Assembly (NCBI GenBank): GCA_045543895.1
Contig: JAZPXW010000146.1
Span: forward strand, 1-39,193
Source of the DNA: Faecousia sp.
GTDB taxonomy: Bacteria; Bacillota; Clostridia; Oscillospirales; Oscillospiraceae
Direction of reading: 5' to 3'
DNA length: 39,193 bases
The notes under the pieces were generated by a model. The model had not been told where the DNA came from and did no database searches. It worked only from the letters and a program-made list of their open reading frames with translations. Position 1 is the first letter of the stretch. The number at the start of each line of letters is the position of its first letter. Position numbers and translations under genes: made by a program. This document shows positions 19,632 to 27,950 of this stretch, piece by piece.

Positions 19632-20512
19632 AGTGCGCCCTCCCTCTCAAGACCAAGAGCCTCAGCCATTTCAATGGTGCGTTTGGCTCGTGCAACAATG
19701 GGTGCGTCGATCATCTTGCCCCGCAGAGCAATGGCGCCCTTGCCCTGGCGCTGCGCCTCCTCAATGGCATCCAGCACCTCATAAGCGTATTCGATTTCCT
19801 CCTGGGAGGGGGAGAAAACCTGGTTTATAGTAACGATATGCCGGGGAGAGATAGATGCCTTGCCGGAGAAGCCGAAGCCCTTGGCGGTCAGCGCATCCTC
19901 CAGGATTCCCTGGTCGTCGTTCACATCGGTAAAGGGCGTGTCGTAGACCTCCACACCGGCAGCCCGGGCTGCCATCACAAGTCTGGCTCTGGCGTACTGG
20001 ATCTCCAGACCCTGCTTGGTGCGCTTGCACCGCAGGTCAGCGGTCAGATCCTCCGCACCCAGGAAAAGGCCAACCACACGGCTGCAGCAGGATGCGATCT
20101 GGAAGGCGTTTTCCACGCCCAGTGCCGTTTCGATCAGCGCCAAAAGTCCCACAGTATTGGGCGCCAGACCCAATTTTTCTTCCAGCTCAAACATATAGGC
20201 ATCTGCCTGCAGAGCATCGCGGGCGGTAGAGGTCTTAGGCAGCAGGATCAGATCCGGCTTTTCCGGCAAAACTGCCTCCAGGTCCGCCTGCCAGCAATCG
20301 GTATCAGTTCCGTTAATGCGGACCACCCGCTTGCAGGCGCCAAAATCCATATAGCGCAGGGTGTTGCGCACCAAAATCCGGGCGGGATCCTTCTCGCTGG
20401 GGGAAACTGCGTCCTCCAGGTCGAAGATCACGCCGTCAGCACCCAGACAGCTGCCGTTAATGAGCATATTGGGGTTGTTTCCCGGCAAAAAAAGCAAGCT
20501 TCTATAGATCAT
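19628..20512 (-). CDS. citE: Citrate/citramalate lyase beta subunit (acyl-ACP lyase)
   Basis: ATG at 20512 overlaps the citD stop. Motifs RSLLFLPGNNP, FDLEDAV, VRIN, IETALG, GAEDL, GKASISPR and GKMIDAP. Confidence 0.92.
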   Translation of the reverse strand: MIYRSLLFLPGNNPNMLINGSCLGADGVIFDLEDAVSPSEKDPARILVRNTLRYMDFGACKRVVRINGTDTDCWQADLEAVLPEKPDLILLPKTSTARDALQADAYMFELEEKLGLAPNTVGLLALIETALGVENAFQIASCCSRVVGLFLGAEDLTADLRCKRTKQGLEIQYARARLVMAARAAGVEVYDTPFTDVNDDQGILEDALTAKGFGFSGKASISPRHIVTINQVFSPSQEEIEYAYEVLDAIEEAQRQGKGAIALRGKMIDAPIVARAKRTIEMAEALGLEREGAL

Positions 20513-20778
20513 TCCTTTTCCCCTCCCCGCAGCACAGCGGTCTCCAACCGGGCGCGGATCACGCAATCCAAAGCGCCCCGGTCAATGAGCCGCACATTGG
20601 CATTTTCCACGCCCTGCTCAAGCAAAACTTCCTGAACGGTCTGCCGGATGGCATCGCCAAACTGGTTCATCACCACAGACTCCAGCTGCAGGCAAATGCC
20701 CTCGGTTCCCGGCTCGATTTCCACATAGGCATCGCTGGACTCCATAGTTCCTGCGGATGCGGTTCTGACGATCTTCAT
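20509..20778 (-). CDS. citD: Citrate/citramalate lyase acyl carrier protein (gamma subunit)
   Basis: ATG at 20778 after AAAGGAG. AGTMESSD carries the prosthetic-group Ser; also DRGALDCVIRAR. 89 aa. Confidence 0.93.
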   Translation of the reverse strand: MKIVRTASAGTMESSDAYVEIEPGTEGICLQLESVVMNQFGDAIRQTVQEVLLEQGVENANVRLIDRGALDCVIRARLETAVLRGGEKE

Positions 20779-20864
20779 AGCGTTTCTCCTTTTGGGAAAA
20801 TGGTATTGTAACAATCTGCCATTAGTATATATCACAATTTGTGGAAAAGCAACGATTTTTCTGT

Positions 20865-20892
20865 TTGCATATTGCGGCTGTTCCTGTATAAT
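20865..20892 (+). promoter_or_regulatory. Promoter for the citC-ORF-citXG unit, divergent from citD
   Basis: TTGCAT (20865-20870), 16 bp spacer, TATAAT (20887-20892). Confidence 0.6.
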
Positions 20893-20922
20893 AAAGGAAG
20901 AATAAAAAAAGGGGGGATTGGG

Positions 20923-21903
20923 ATGGATGCGGAAATCGTTAGCGCTCTGCGGGGCAAAAAGCACCAAAACTGGGAGCAGCTGCTGCAGAAAAACGGCTTA
21001 GAGCCTGAGGACACCCCTCAGCAAACGGTACTACTGTGGGATGGCAACACCCTCGCCGCCACCGGCAGCCGCCAGGGAAATCTGCTGAAATACCTGGCAA
21101 CAGATCCCGCTTATCAAGGTCAGGGGCTTCTGGCAACGGTGCTGACCTCTCTGCGGCAGGAAGCCTTCCGGGAAGGTCACCGCCACCTGTTCCTCTACAC
21201 CAAGCCCCAAAACGCGCCTATGTTTTTGCCCCTGCTGTTCTACCCGGTTGCCGGCACCGAAAAAGTGCTTTTGATGGAGGACCGGAAGGATGGCATCCGG
21301 GCATTTCTGGACACGCTGCCCCAGGCAGAAGAGAACAGCGGTGCCATCGTAATGAACTGCGACCCCTTTACCCTGGGGCACCAGTATTTGATCGAGACCG
21401 CCGCAAAGGACTGTCCCCACCTGTTCGTATTCGTTCTTTCCGAAGATAAGGGCCATTTTTCCACCGCTGACCGTCTGGAAATGGTCCGCCGCGGCACAGC
21501 GCACCTTCCCAATGTGATAGTGCTGCCCACCGGACCGTACCTCATTTCCGCAGCCACCTTCCCCACTTACTTTTTGAAGGACCGGGATTCGGCGGAATTC
21601 GTCCACTGTCAGCTGGACATCGCCGTATTTACCCAGTATTACGCAAAGCGATTCCTTATCAAACGGCGGTTTGTGGGCACAGAACCCATCTCTCCCATGA
21701 CCGCAGAATATAACCGGGCGCTGGCAGAAGCGCTCCCCCGGCACGGGATCGAACTGGTGCAGATCCCCCGGAAGGAGCTGTGCGGCGCACCCATCAGTGC
21801 CAGCCGTGTCCGGGCTGCGCTCCAAAACCACGACACACAAACCCTGCAAGCCCTTGTCCCCGCCACCACCCTCGGTTACCTGGCGGACAAGCAGCTCATA
21901 TAA
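20923..21903 (+). CDS. citC: [Citrate (pro-3S)-lyase] ligase
   Basis: N-terminal GNAT-like part (YQGQGL, LFLYTKP), then IVMNCDPFTLGHQYL, YLISAATFPTYF, RFVGTEP and ISASRVR. Confidence 0.93.
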   Translation: MDAEIVSALRGKKHQNWEQLLQKNGLEPEDTPQQTVLLWDGNTLAATGSRQGNLLKYLATDPAYQGQGLLATVLTSLRQEAFREGHRHLFLYTKPQNAPMFLPLLFYPVAGTEKVLLMEDRKDGIRAFLDTLPQAEENSGAIVMNCDPFTLGHQYLIETAAKDCPHLFVFVLSEDKGHFSTADRLEMVRRGTAHLPNVIVLPTGPYLISAATFPTYFLKDRDSAEFVHCQLDIAVFTQYYAKRFLIKRRFVGTEPISPMTAEYNRALAEALPRHGIELVQIPRKELCGAPISASRVRAALQNHDTQTLQALVPATTLGYLADKQLI

Positions 21904-21918
21904 AAAGGAGGCCTTCCT

Positions 21919-22854
21919 ATGGCAGAAAGACGCCCTACTCACATTCTCAGCAGCTATTACGCACCCCGTGGCCATAACCGTATGTACGCCCTGGGTATGC
22001 AGATCGCGCAGCTGTACCTAAACCCCCACGACCGGCTCATTGGCATCATCGGCGAAGCCGGTTCCGGCAAAAGCGCCCTGATCCGGGGTATGTTCCCGGG
22101 ATTGGAGCTGACCAACGACGACAACGGCGTGTATGTCCGCCCGCTGCCCCTGCTGGACCAGGACCGGGGCTTTGCATTCTTTTCTCCCCATACCTACCAT
22201 GTGGATATCCGGTTTGAAAACGGCTTTACCCAGATGTCCGTCCTGGCAGATGCCATCGCCGAGGCTTTGGAGAAAGGCCGCCGTGTGGTGGTGGAGCATT
22301 TTGATCTGGTGTACCCCTTCCTGGGTGCCAACGCGAATATACTCATCGGTGTGGGCGAGCAGGTGCTTATCGCCCGTCCCAACATCTTCGGACCGGAGCC
22401 GGAGGAGATCCGGGAAGCGGTTTACAAGTCCCTGCCCTACCGGCTGATGGCCCACACCGCAGAGGATCTGTGCGAAATATGCATGAGCGATTTTGACCGG
22501 GAGCGGTGCGGACACGATGATGTGCGCCACGGCTTTGCCATCTACTTCCCCGACACACCCCCGGAAATCGACATCCCCGCTCTGGAAGCCCAGGTAAATG
22601 CCATCATTGCCGAAAATCTGCCCGTAGGCTATGTGGATGACCAGCATATCAGCGTGGGCGACAAGGTGCATAAGTGCAACGGTCCCCGGATCCATGTGCA
22701 TCACACCGGGCAGATCCAGAATTTCCGGCTGATGCACCACTTGATCTACGACCGGTTTAAGCGTCGGTATATGCTGGTGGGCTGCGTGGGCGAAGGCTCG
22801 GATAAGATTTTGGCTCGGCTGGATAACCAAAACCAGCGGCCGGGTTGGGACTAA
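21919..22854 (+). CDS. Uncharacterised protein: N-terminal P-loop domain plus a C-terminal tRNA_SAD/AlaX-like domain
   Basis: AAGGAGG RBS. Walker A GEAGSGKS and Walker B-like VVVEHFD. C-terminal HTAEDL...LEAQVNAIIAENLPV...CNGPRIHVHHTGQI resembles the HxxxH/CxGxH editing domain of Ala/Thr-tRNA synthetases. Confidence 0.72.
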   Translation: MAERRPTHILSSYYAPRGHNRMYALGMQIAQLYLNPHDRLIGIIGEAGSGKSALIRGMFPGLELTNDDNGVYVRPLPLLDQDRGFAFFSPHTYHVDIRFENGFTQMSVLADAIAEALEKGRRVVVEHFDLVYPFLGANANILIGVGEQVLIARPNIFGPEPEEIREAVYKSLPYRLMAHTAEDLCEICMSDFDRERCGHDDVRHGFAIYFPDTPPEIDIPALEAQVNAIIAENLPVGYVDDQHISVGDKVHKCNGPRIHVHHTGQIQNFRLMHHLIYDRFKRRYMLVGCVGEGSDKILARLDNQNQRPGWD

Positions 22855-24167
22855 TGATGGAAGTCAGCCTCCACGATATTTTAAATGCAAGAGATGCCCG
22901 GGCGCAGCTGCAGCAAGCGCTTTTGCAAAAATACGGCTGTCCTTTGATCTGCTTTACCATGAATATCGCAGGGCCTGTTAAGACCTCCCCACTGATCCTC
23001 CGGGGCTTCCGAGAAGGGCTTGCTATTCTGGATGAAGCGCTTTCCCCGGTACTGGAGCGAAGTGTTTTTGAAAAGGCCACCGGGCCGGAAGCGTTTTATG
23101 CGGTAAACGCCGATGCTGCCCGGCTCAAAGCACTCTGCACCGCCATTGAAGAAGCCTCCCCCCTGGGTCGCCTCTTTGATATGGATGTATTGGATGTTGA
23201 CGGACAAAAGCTGGAACGAATGTCCCAGCGTGGGTGTTTGGTCTGCGGCAAGCCCGGCAGAGCCTGCGCTGCCAGCCGGGCTCATTCCGTGGAGCAGCTC
23301 CAGGCGGTCACCCGTCAGCTGCTGCAGGAGCATTTTGCCGCAGCAGACCAGGCGCAAATTGCCCGGCTCGCCTATGAGAGCCTTTTGGACGAGGTGAATA
23401 CCACCCCCAAGCCCGGACTTGTGGACCGCCGCAACAACGGCAGCCATAAGGATATGACCCTTTCCACCTTTGCTGCCAGCGCCGCAGCGATCAAGCCTTA
23501 TTTTGCCCAGTGTGTACGCATCGGGCAAGAAACCGCCGATCAGCCGCCGCAGAACACCTTTTCATTTTTGCGGCAGGCAGGCATTGCCGCTGAACAGACG
23601 ATGTACGAGGCCACCGGCGGCATCAACACCCACAAGGGTGCGATCTACACCCTGGGGGTTCTTTGCGGCAGCATCGGAAGGCTTTGGTCTCCCGAGCAGC
23701 CCTTTGCCGAGATCTCCGCGATCCTCTCGGAGTGCGCCAAGGTGGTGCAGGCTTCTGTGAAATCTGACCTTGCCGCAGCGGACGGCTCTACCGCCGGGCA
23801 GCAAGCGTTTCTTCAGTATGGCATTGGAGGCATCCGGGGCGAGGTGGCTGCAGGCCTGCCCTCCGTGTGGAATATCGGTCTGCCCGTATATGAAGAAATG
23901 CTGGGTAAGGGGCTTTCCCCCAACGATGCCGGTGCTGTTACCCTTTTGCACCTGATCGCCAATGTGGAGGATACCAACCTCTATCACCGGGGCGGCTGTG
24001 ATGGCGCTTCCTGGGCAGCCAGTGCCGCAAAAGCCCTTTTGCCGCAACCGACCCTTTCCCAAATTGAGCTGCTGGACGATGGGTTTATCGCCCGGAATCT
24101 TTCCCCCGGTGGCTGCGCCGACCTGCTGGCAGTCACCTATTTTCTGCATAAAGTCAAACAGCCTTGA
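22854..24167 (+). CDS. citXG: Fused CitX (holo-ACP synthase) and CitG (triphosphoribosyl-dephospho-CoA synthase)
   Basis: TAATG overlap with the upstream stop. CitX motifs ILNARDARA, MNIAGPVK, LGRLFDMDV and CLVC...CA.SRAH. CitG motifs TPKPGLVD, GSHKDM, NTHKG, DTNL..RGG and LSPGGCADLL. Confidence 0.92.
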   Translation: MMEVSLHDILNARDARAQLQQALLQKYGCPLICFTMNIAGPVKTSPLILRGFREGLAILDEALSPVLERSVFEKATGPEAFYAVNADAARLKALCTAIEEASPLGRLFDMDVLDVDGQKLERMSQRGCLVCGKPGRACAASRAHSVEQLQAVTRQLLQEHFAAADQAQIARLAYESLLDEVNTTPKPGLVDRRNNGSHKDMTLSTFAASAAAIKPYFAQCVRIGQETADQPPQNTFSFLRQAGIAAEQTMYEATGGINTHKGAIYTLGVLCGSIGRLWSPEQPFAEISAILSECAKVVQASVKSDLAAADGSTAGQQAFLQYGIGGIRGEVAAGLPSVWNIGLPVYEEMLGKGLSPNDAGAVTLLHLIANVEDTNLYHRGGCDGASWAASAAKALLPQPTLSQIELLDDGFIARNLSPGGCADLLAVTYFLHKVKQP

Positions 24168-24188
24168 CCACTCCGGTCAAGGCTGTTT
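24156..24188. terminator. Bidirectional terminator containing the stop codons of both convergent genes
   Basis: aaacagccttgacc-actcc-ggtcaaggctgttt. The TGA of citXG (24165-24167) and the TGA of the PfkB gene (24179-24177) occupy symmetric positions in the stem. Confidence 0.75.
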
Positions 24189-25061
24189 TTCTATGGTCTG
24201 CTCTGTTACAAAGCCGTTTGACGCACCGCTGACGGTGATCTTGTGGGCAGCAAAAAGCTGCGCTCTCTCCAGCGCCGCCACCGGAGAATACCCCTTGCCA
24301 TAAAAATGCAAAAAGCTTGCAAACAGCGCATCCCCGGCACCTACGGTGTTCACCACCGGGCCAACCGATGCCGCCGGCATTTGGGTGATTTCTCCGGTTT
24401 CCCGCAAATATATGGCTGCGCCGTTAGCGCCCCGTCCCATGACAATGATCCGGCTGGAATAGGCCTCTGCCAGCTGCAGCATAAAGTCCCGCCAGTTTTC
24501 TCCCACCGCTTCATCGCTGAGAAACAGGATGTCCGCATACTCCATAAATTCCCGGTTGTATGCATCGTGAATATCCGACAGCACATGGACATCAGTGGCA
24601 ACGGTCTTACCCGCCGCCTTCGCCAGCTTCAGCAAAGGACGGTTAAAATTGATATTGCAGGCGATCACCAGATCGATCCCATCCAGCACGGCAGAATCCA
24701 ATTCACAGAAGGTTTCCTGAATGTCCTTCAGATCGCAATAGATCTGCCGCCTGCCCTCGGGGTCATACAGCACCACAGAGCTGGGCGTCTGCCGCAGTTT
24801 GGGTTGTATGTATTGTGTATCAACACCCAATTCTCTAACAGAATCCCGGATGTAGGCAGCGGCAAAATCGCTGCCCGTCACGGAATGTAACCGCACTTCG
24901 TCCCCCAAGGTCACCAGAGCCTTGGTCAGGTTAAATGCCACACCGGACACAGCGGTGTTCACGCCGAAAAAGGTGTAGTCGATGGGATAATACTGGATTG
25001 GAAAGCCACGAACCGCCGTGGTAGTTTCCGTATTCAAAAGCCCGCTAACCAGGATACGCAT
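24177..25061 (-). CDS. PfkB/ribokinase-family carbohydrate kinase
   Basis: N-terminal SGVAFN...LG pattern and the C-terminal PfkB signature VNTVGAGDALFASF. Confidence 0.88.
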   Translation of the reverse strand: MRILVSGLLNTETTTAVRGFPIQYYPIDYTFFGVNTAVSGVAFNLTKALVTLGDEVRLHSVTGSDFAAAYIRDSVRELGVDTQYIQPKLRQTPSSVVLYDPEGRRQIYCDLKDIQETFCELDSAVLDGIDLVIACNINFNRPLLKLAKAAGKTVATDVHVLSDIHDAYNREFMEYADILFLSDEAVGENWRDFMLQLAEAYSSRIIVMGRGANGAAIYLRETGEITQMPAASVGPVVNTVGAGDALFASFLHFYGKGYSPVAALERAQLFAAHKITVSGASNGFVTEQTIEKQP

Positions 25062-25121
25062 ATACCTTCCCCCTTACCTACATACTGCTATTATATATCC
25101 ATCGGCGCAGCATTGCAAATT

Positions 25122-25157
25122 AAAAAAGAGCCGGGGCAAGCCCCGGCTCTTTTTTTA
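25122..25157. terminator. Intrinsic terminator ending the rsgA-GNAT-GNAT unit
   Basis: aaaaaagagccgggg-caag-ccccggctcttttttt. Confidence 0.85.
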
Positions 25158-26003
25158 TTGGTTCCGAAAATAGCTTCTGGTGATCCCTTCACAGACGAAA
25201 TGGTTTTTCTCGTAATAGTGCTGGGCTCTCACATTATTAACCGCTGTGTCGGTATCCAGTCGCGTCATACCCCGTTGGTGCAGCCACACCTTCAATGCAG
25301 ACATACACTGCGAGCCGATGCCATGGTTTTGCTGATCGTCATGGATATAGATCCACCGCAGATAGGCAATTTCCCTATTCACATAATGCACTTCGCAGCA
25401 GCCGACTTGCTTGTGATCCAGCAGAAAATCAATTGACTGCTGATCCCCTTTTGTTACTCCGTGGGGTACGATCTCCACCTGTGAACCGGGAATTGCCTGC
25501 AGCTTTGCAGAATAATACATATTTTCGTGTTCGATCTCAAAACCGGCCTTATGCAGCAACTCCGCGATCCAGGAAAAGCGCTCGAACAGCTTGCCGTGAC
25601 GGGCAAAACAGCTCATTCCAAAATAATGAAAAAAGGCATACACCTTGGGAAATGCGCCCCATTCCTCCATAGCCGCCTGCAAAAGCAGCTTGCCGGCATC
25701 CTCACGCCCTTCATCGAAATACAGCGCGCGGATCACAGGATAAGACACTTGATCAGAGAGATTTCTTTGGTCATCGAAACCAAAGGCGGTGTTGCCGTAC
25801 TGAACGAAGCCCACAAGTTTTTCACCGTCATAGGCCGCTTTTGCGTGCAGCTGTTGAAACAGCTGTCTTCCCTCTCCGTCCACATCGTTTTCAAAGGCTT
25901 CTTTCCAGCTTTCAAATTCGGCTGCAAAAAAGTACGGCACAGCCAAGCGCGACTGATATGCGTATAGCTGGTATAGGTTCGTAATCTCCGTAATTCTTAT
26001 CAT
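25155..26003 (-). CDS. GNAT family N-acetyltransferase (probably two GNAT-like domains)
   Basis: ATG at 26003 after AAAGGAG. C-terminal acetyl-CoA motif QQNHGIGS and NVRAQHYYEKNHF. Confidence 0.8.
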   Translation of the reverse strand: MIRITEITNLYQLYAYQSRLAVPYFFAAEFESWKEAFENDVDGEGRQLFQQLHAKAAYDGEKLVGFVQYGNTAFGFDDQRNLSDQVSYPVIRALYFDEGREDAGKLLLQAAMEEWGAFPKVYAFFHYFGMSCFARHGKLFERFSWIAELLHKAGFEIEHENMYYSAKLQAIPGSQVEIVPHGVTKGDQQSIDFLLDHKQVGCCEVHYVNREIAYLRWIYIHDDQQNHGIGSQCMSALKVWLHQRGMTRLDTDTAVNNVRAQHYYEKNHFVCEGITRSYFRNQ

Positions 26004-26016
26004 AATGTTTACTCCT

Positions 26017-26562
26017 TTACCGCAGGCACTCGTAATCGCTGTAGCACACCTGACCGCAGATGCCGTCAAGACCGCCCGGAATCAGTTCCTTCACCATCAA
26101 GCACTCTGGCGCAGGCAAGCCTACCGATTCGTGGGCGGTGATGCCGTAGTCGCTAGAGGTCACAAATCCCCGGCTGCGGTAATTTTGGGGATTTCCCTCC
26201 ACGATCACCGCCTTATAACCCAGTTTCCTTGCCTTTTCGAAGCCGTACTCGATCAACTCTTTGGAAATGTGCTGCCGCTGCAGCTGCGTCTTCACCGCCA
26301 CCGGGGAAAGAAGCAGCAGTTCATTTTCATACTTCCCCTCCAGGTGGAAGCGGGCAAAATTCGCATAGCCGATGACTGCATCCGCTTCATCCACCATGAC
26401 CAGCTCCAGCTCCGGTACATAGAACCGCTTGCTGCGGATCTCCTCCACAAGAGATCGCACCAGCTTGCCCTCCTCCGCATCGGAGTGGGCTGTGAATACT
26501 GCCTCCACCAATTCCAGGGTGGGCAGCAAATATTTATCTTCCATCGATTTGATGGTTCGCAT
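26017..26562 (-). CDS. GNAT family N-acetyltransferase
   Basis: ATG at 26562, adjacent to the rsgA stop, with AAGGAG upstream. Motifs LSPVAV..QLQRQHIS and VEGNPQNYRSRGF. Confidence 0.85.
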   Translation of the reverse strand: MRTIKSMEDKYLLPTLELVEAVFTAHSDAEEGKLVRSLVEEIRSKRFYVPELELVMVDEADAVIGYANFARFHLEGKYENELLLLSPVAVKTQLQRQHISKELIEYGFEKARKLGYKAVIVEGNPQNYRSRGFVTSSDYGITAHESVGLPAPECLMVKELIPGGLDGICGQVCYSDYECLR

Positions 26563-26563
26563 A

Positions 26564-27586
26564 TTACCAGATCTCCTTATTTCGGTTTCTTGTAAATTTT
26601 GCAACGCCCTTATGCCATTCGTTTTTCCGCCGGAGCATTTCCGCCTTGTCCACAGCCTCCTCGCTGAGTTTTTGGTAGCTTTCCCAGCGGTCTATGTCCA
26701 GTTCTCCGGCAGCGATGGCGATCTTGATGGCGCAACCGGGTTCTTTTTCGTGCCTGCAATCGGAAAAGCGGCATTTTCCAAGGAATTTTTCCACATCCGC
26801 AAAAGCATCGGAAAGTCCCTCCGACACCTCCCACATACCCAGCTCCCGCATACCGGGCGTGTCGATGATCATGGCGCCGCTGCGCAGCCGGATCAGCTGC
26901 CGGTGGGTGGTGGTGTGTCGTCCCTTGCTGTCCTCCTCCCGGATGGTGCTCACCGCCATAATGTCTTCACCTGCCAGGACATTGACAAGACTGGATTTAC
27001 CCACACCGGACGAGCCTAAGAACACCACGGTATTTCCCGGCTGCAGGTATACATTGAGTCTGGGGATCCCCTGCCCAGTATGAGCGCTGACCACATGGAT
27101 ATTGACCCCGACAGCGACCCGCTCTACCTGGGTCAAAAATTCCCAGTAATCGTCCACCAGATCTGCCTTGGTCAGCAGGATCACCGGTGTTGCCCCGGAT
27201 TGCCAAGCCAATGTCAAATACCGTTCCAGCCGCTTGGGATTGAAGTCCAAATTCAGCGACTGCATAATAAACACATAGTCAAAGTTGGCAGCCACCGCTT
27301 GCTGCCGGGGAATCGGACCCGGCTCCCGTCGGAAAAAGCAGGCCCTTCTGGGCAAGGTGGTAAGGATCTGGCTGTCGCCATTGTCGATATACTGGATCAT
27401 AACGAAATCTCCCGTGGTGGGAAATTCCTGGGTGTCCACATAGTATTCCTTGGTTTTCAGCCGGGCATAGGCGGTGCCATGGGCACACACCAGCTCATAG
27501 CGCTCCTTATGGACTGCAATAACTCTTGCCGGAATACCCGTTAAATTCTCGTAATTCGGCACTACGTCGTAATCGTTTATGTTCAA
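26564..27586 (-). CDS. rsgA: Ribosome small subunit-dependent GTPase A, probably an accessory paralog
   Basis: Circularly permuted GTPase order TKAD, GSSGVGKSS, GRHTTT, DTPG, with Zn motif CRFSDCRH...C. Likely start is TTG at 27586 with GGAGG 8 nt upstream; an in-frame ATG at 27601 is the alternative. Confidence 0.9.
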   Translation of the reverse strand: MNINDYDVVPNYENLTGIPARVIAVHKERYELVCAHGTAYARLKTKEYYVDTQEFPTTGDFVMIQYIDNGDSQILTTLPRRACFFRREPGPIPRQQAVAANFDYVFIMQSLNLDFNPKRLERYLTLAWQSGATPVILLTKADLVDDYWEFLTQVERVAVGVNIHVVSAHTGQGIPRLNVYLQPGNTVVFLGSSGVGKSSLVNVLAGEDIMAVSTIREEDSKGRHTTTHRQLIRLRSGAMIIDTPGMRELGMWEVSEGLSDAFADVEKFLGKCRFSDCRHEKEPGCAIKIAIAAGELDIDRWESYQKLSEEAVDKAEMLRRKNEWHKGVAKFTRNRNKEIW

Positions 27587-27850
27587 TTTTGATTCCTCCA
27601 TTTTTCAGTTGCATAGGATATTTCCTTTGATAACCAACTGAAAATGGGCGCAAAAATACCGCAGAGAGTAGCTCCCTTTATGGAGCGCATCCTGCGGCTG
27701 CCATATATAGAAAGTTACTTAAAAACGGCGCACCAAAGCAGAGGGCCTGTACCCCCATTTTCATTCGCGCCCATATTCAGTTAGCCAGACACGACCTCGC
27801 GAACAATCATATTTTAAGCTCCTTTCCGGTCTGCTCAGGCAGACACTTTC
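27587..27850 (-). promoter_or_regulatory. Putative ribosome-mediated attenuator leader of the rsgA operon
   Basis: About 260-nt leader with a uORF and alternative helices. Segment A (27782-27764) pairs with B (27654-27636). B can instead pair with C (27611-27598), which overlaps the rsgA Shine-Dalgarno. Confidence 0.72.
27781..27810 (-). CDS. Putative leader peptide MIVREVVSG
   Basis: ATG ATT GTT CGC GAG GTC GTG TCT GGC TAA, preceded by AAAGGAG at 8-nt spacing. The stop codon overlaps helix segment A. Confidence 0.68.
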   Translation of the reverse strand: MIVREVVSG

Positions 27851-27857
27851 TATAAAA

Positions 27858-27886
27858 AATATATCATCGGAAGTTTCCCTTGTCAA
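27858..27886 (-). promoter_or_regulatory. Sigma70-type promoter for the rsgA leader
   Basis: Minus strand TTGACA (27886-27881), 17 bp spacer, TATATT (27863-27858) with an extended TG. Confidence 0.72.
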
Positions 27887-27889
27887 CAG

Positions 27890-27922
27890 AAAAAGAGCCA
27901 CCCCAAAGGGATGGCTCTTTTT
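27890..27922 (-). terminator. Intrinsic terminator after the large nuclease gene
   Basis: Hairpin aaaaagagccaccc-caaa-gggatggctcttttt with A/T tails on both sides. Confidence 0.78.
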
Positions 27923-27950
27923 GTTTAAGAGATTTTACTGTGCAGGGCAA

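Noticed and set aside
20800-20845. Short palindromes (attgtaacaat, cacaatttgtg) in the citD/citC divergent region as Rex or CcpA sites
   Set aside because: They are too short and do not match either consensus well enough to call.
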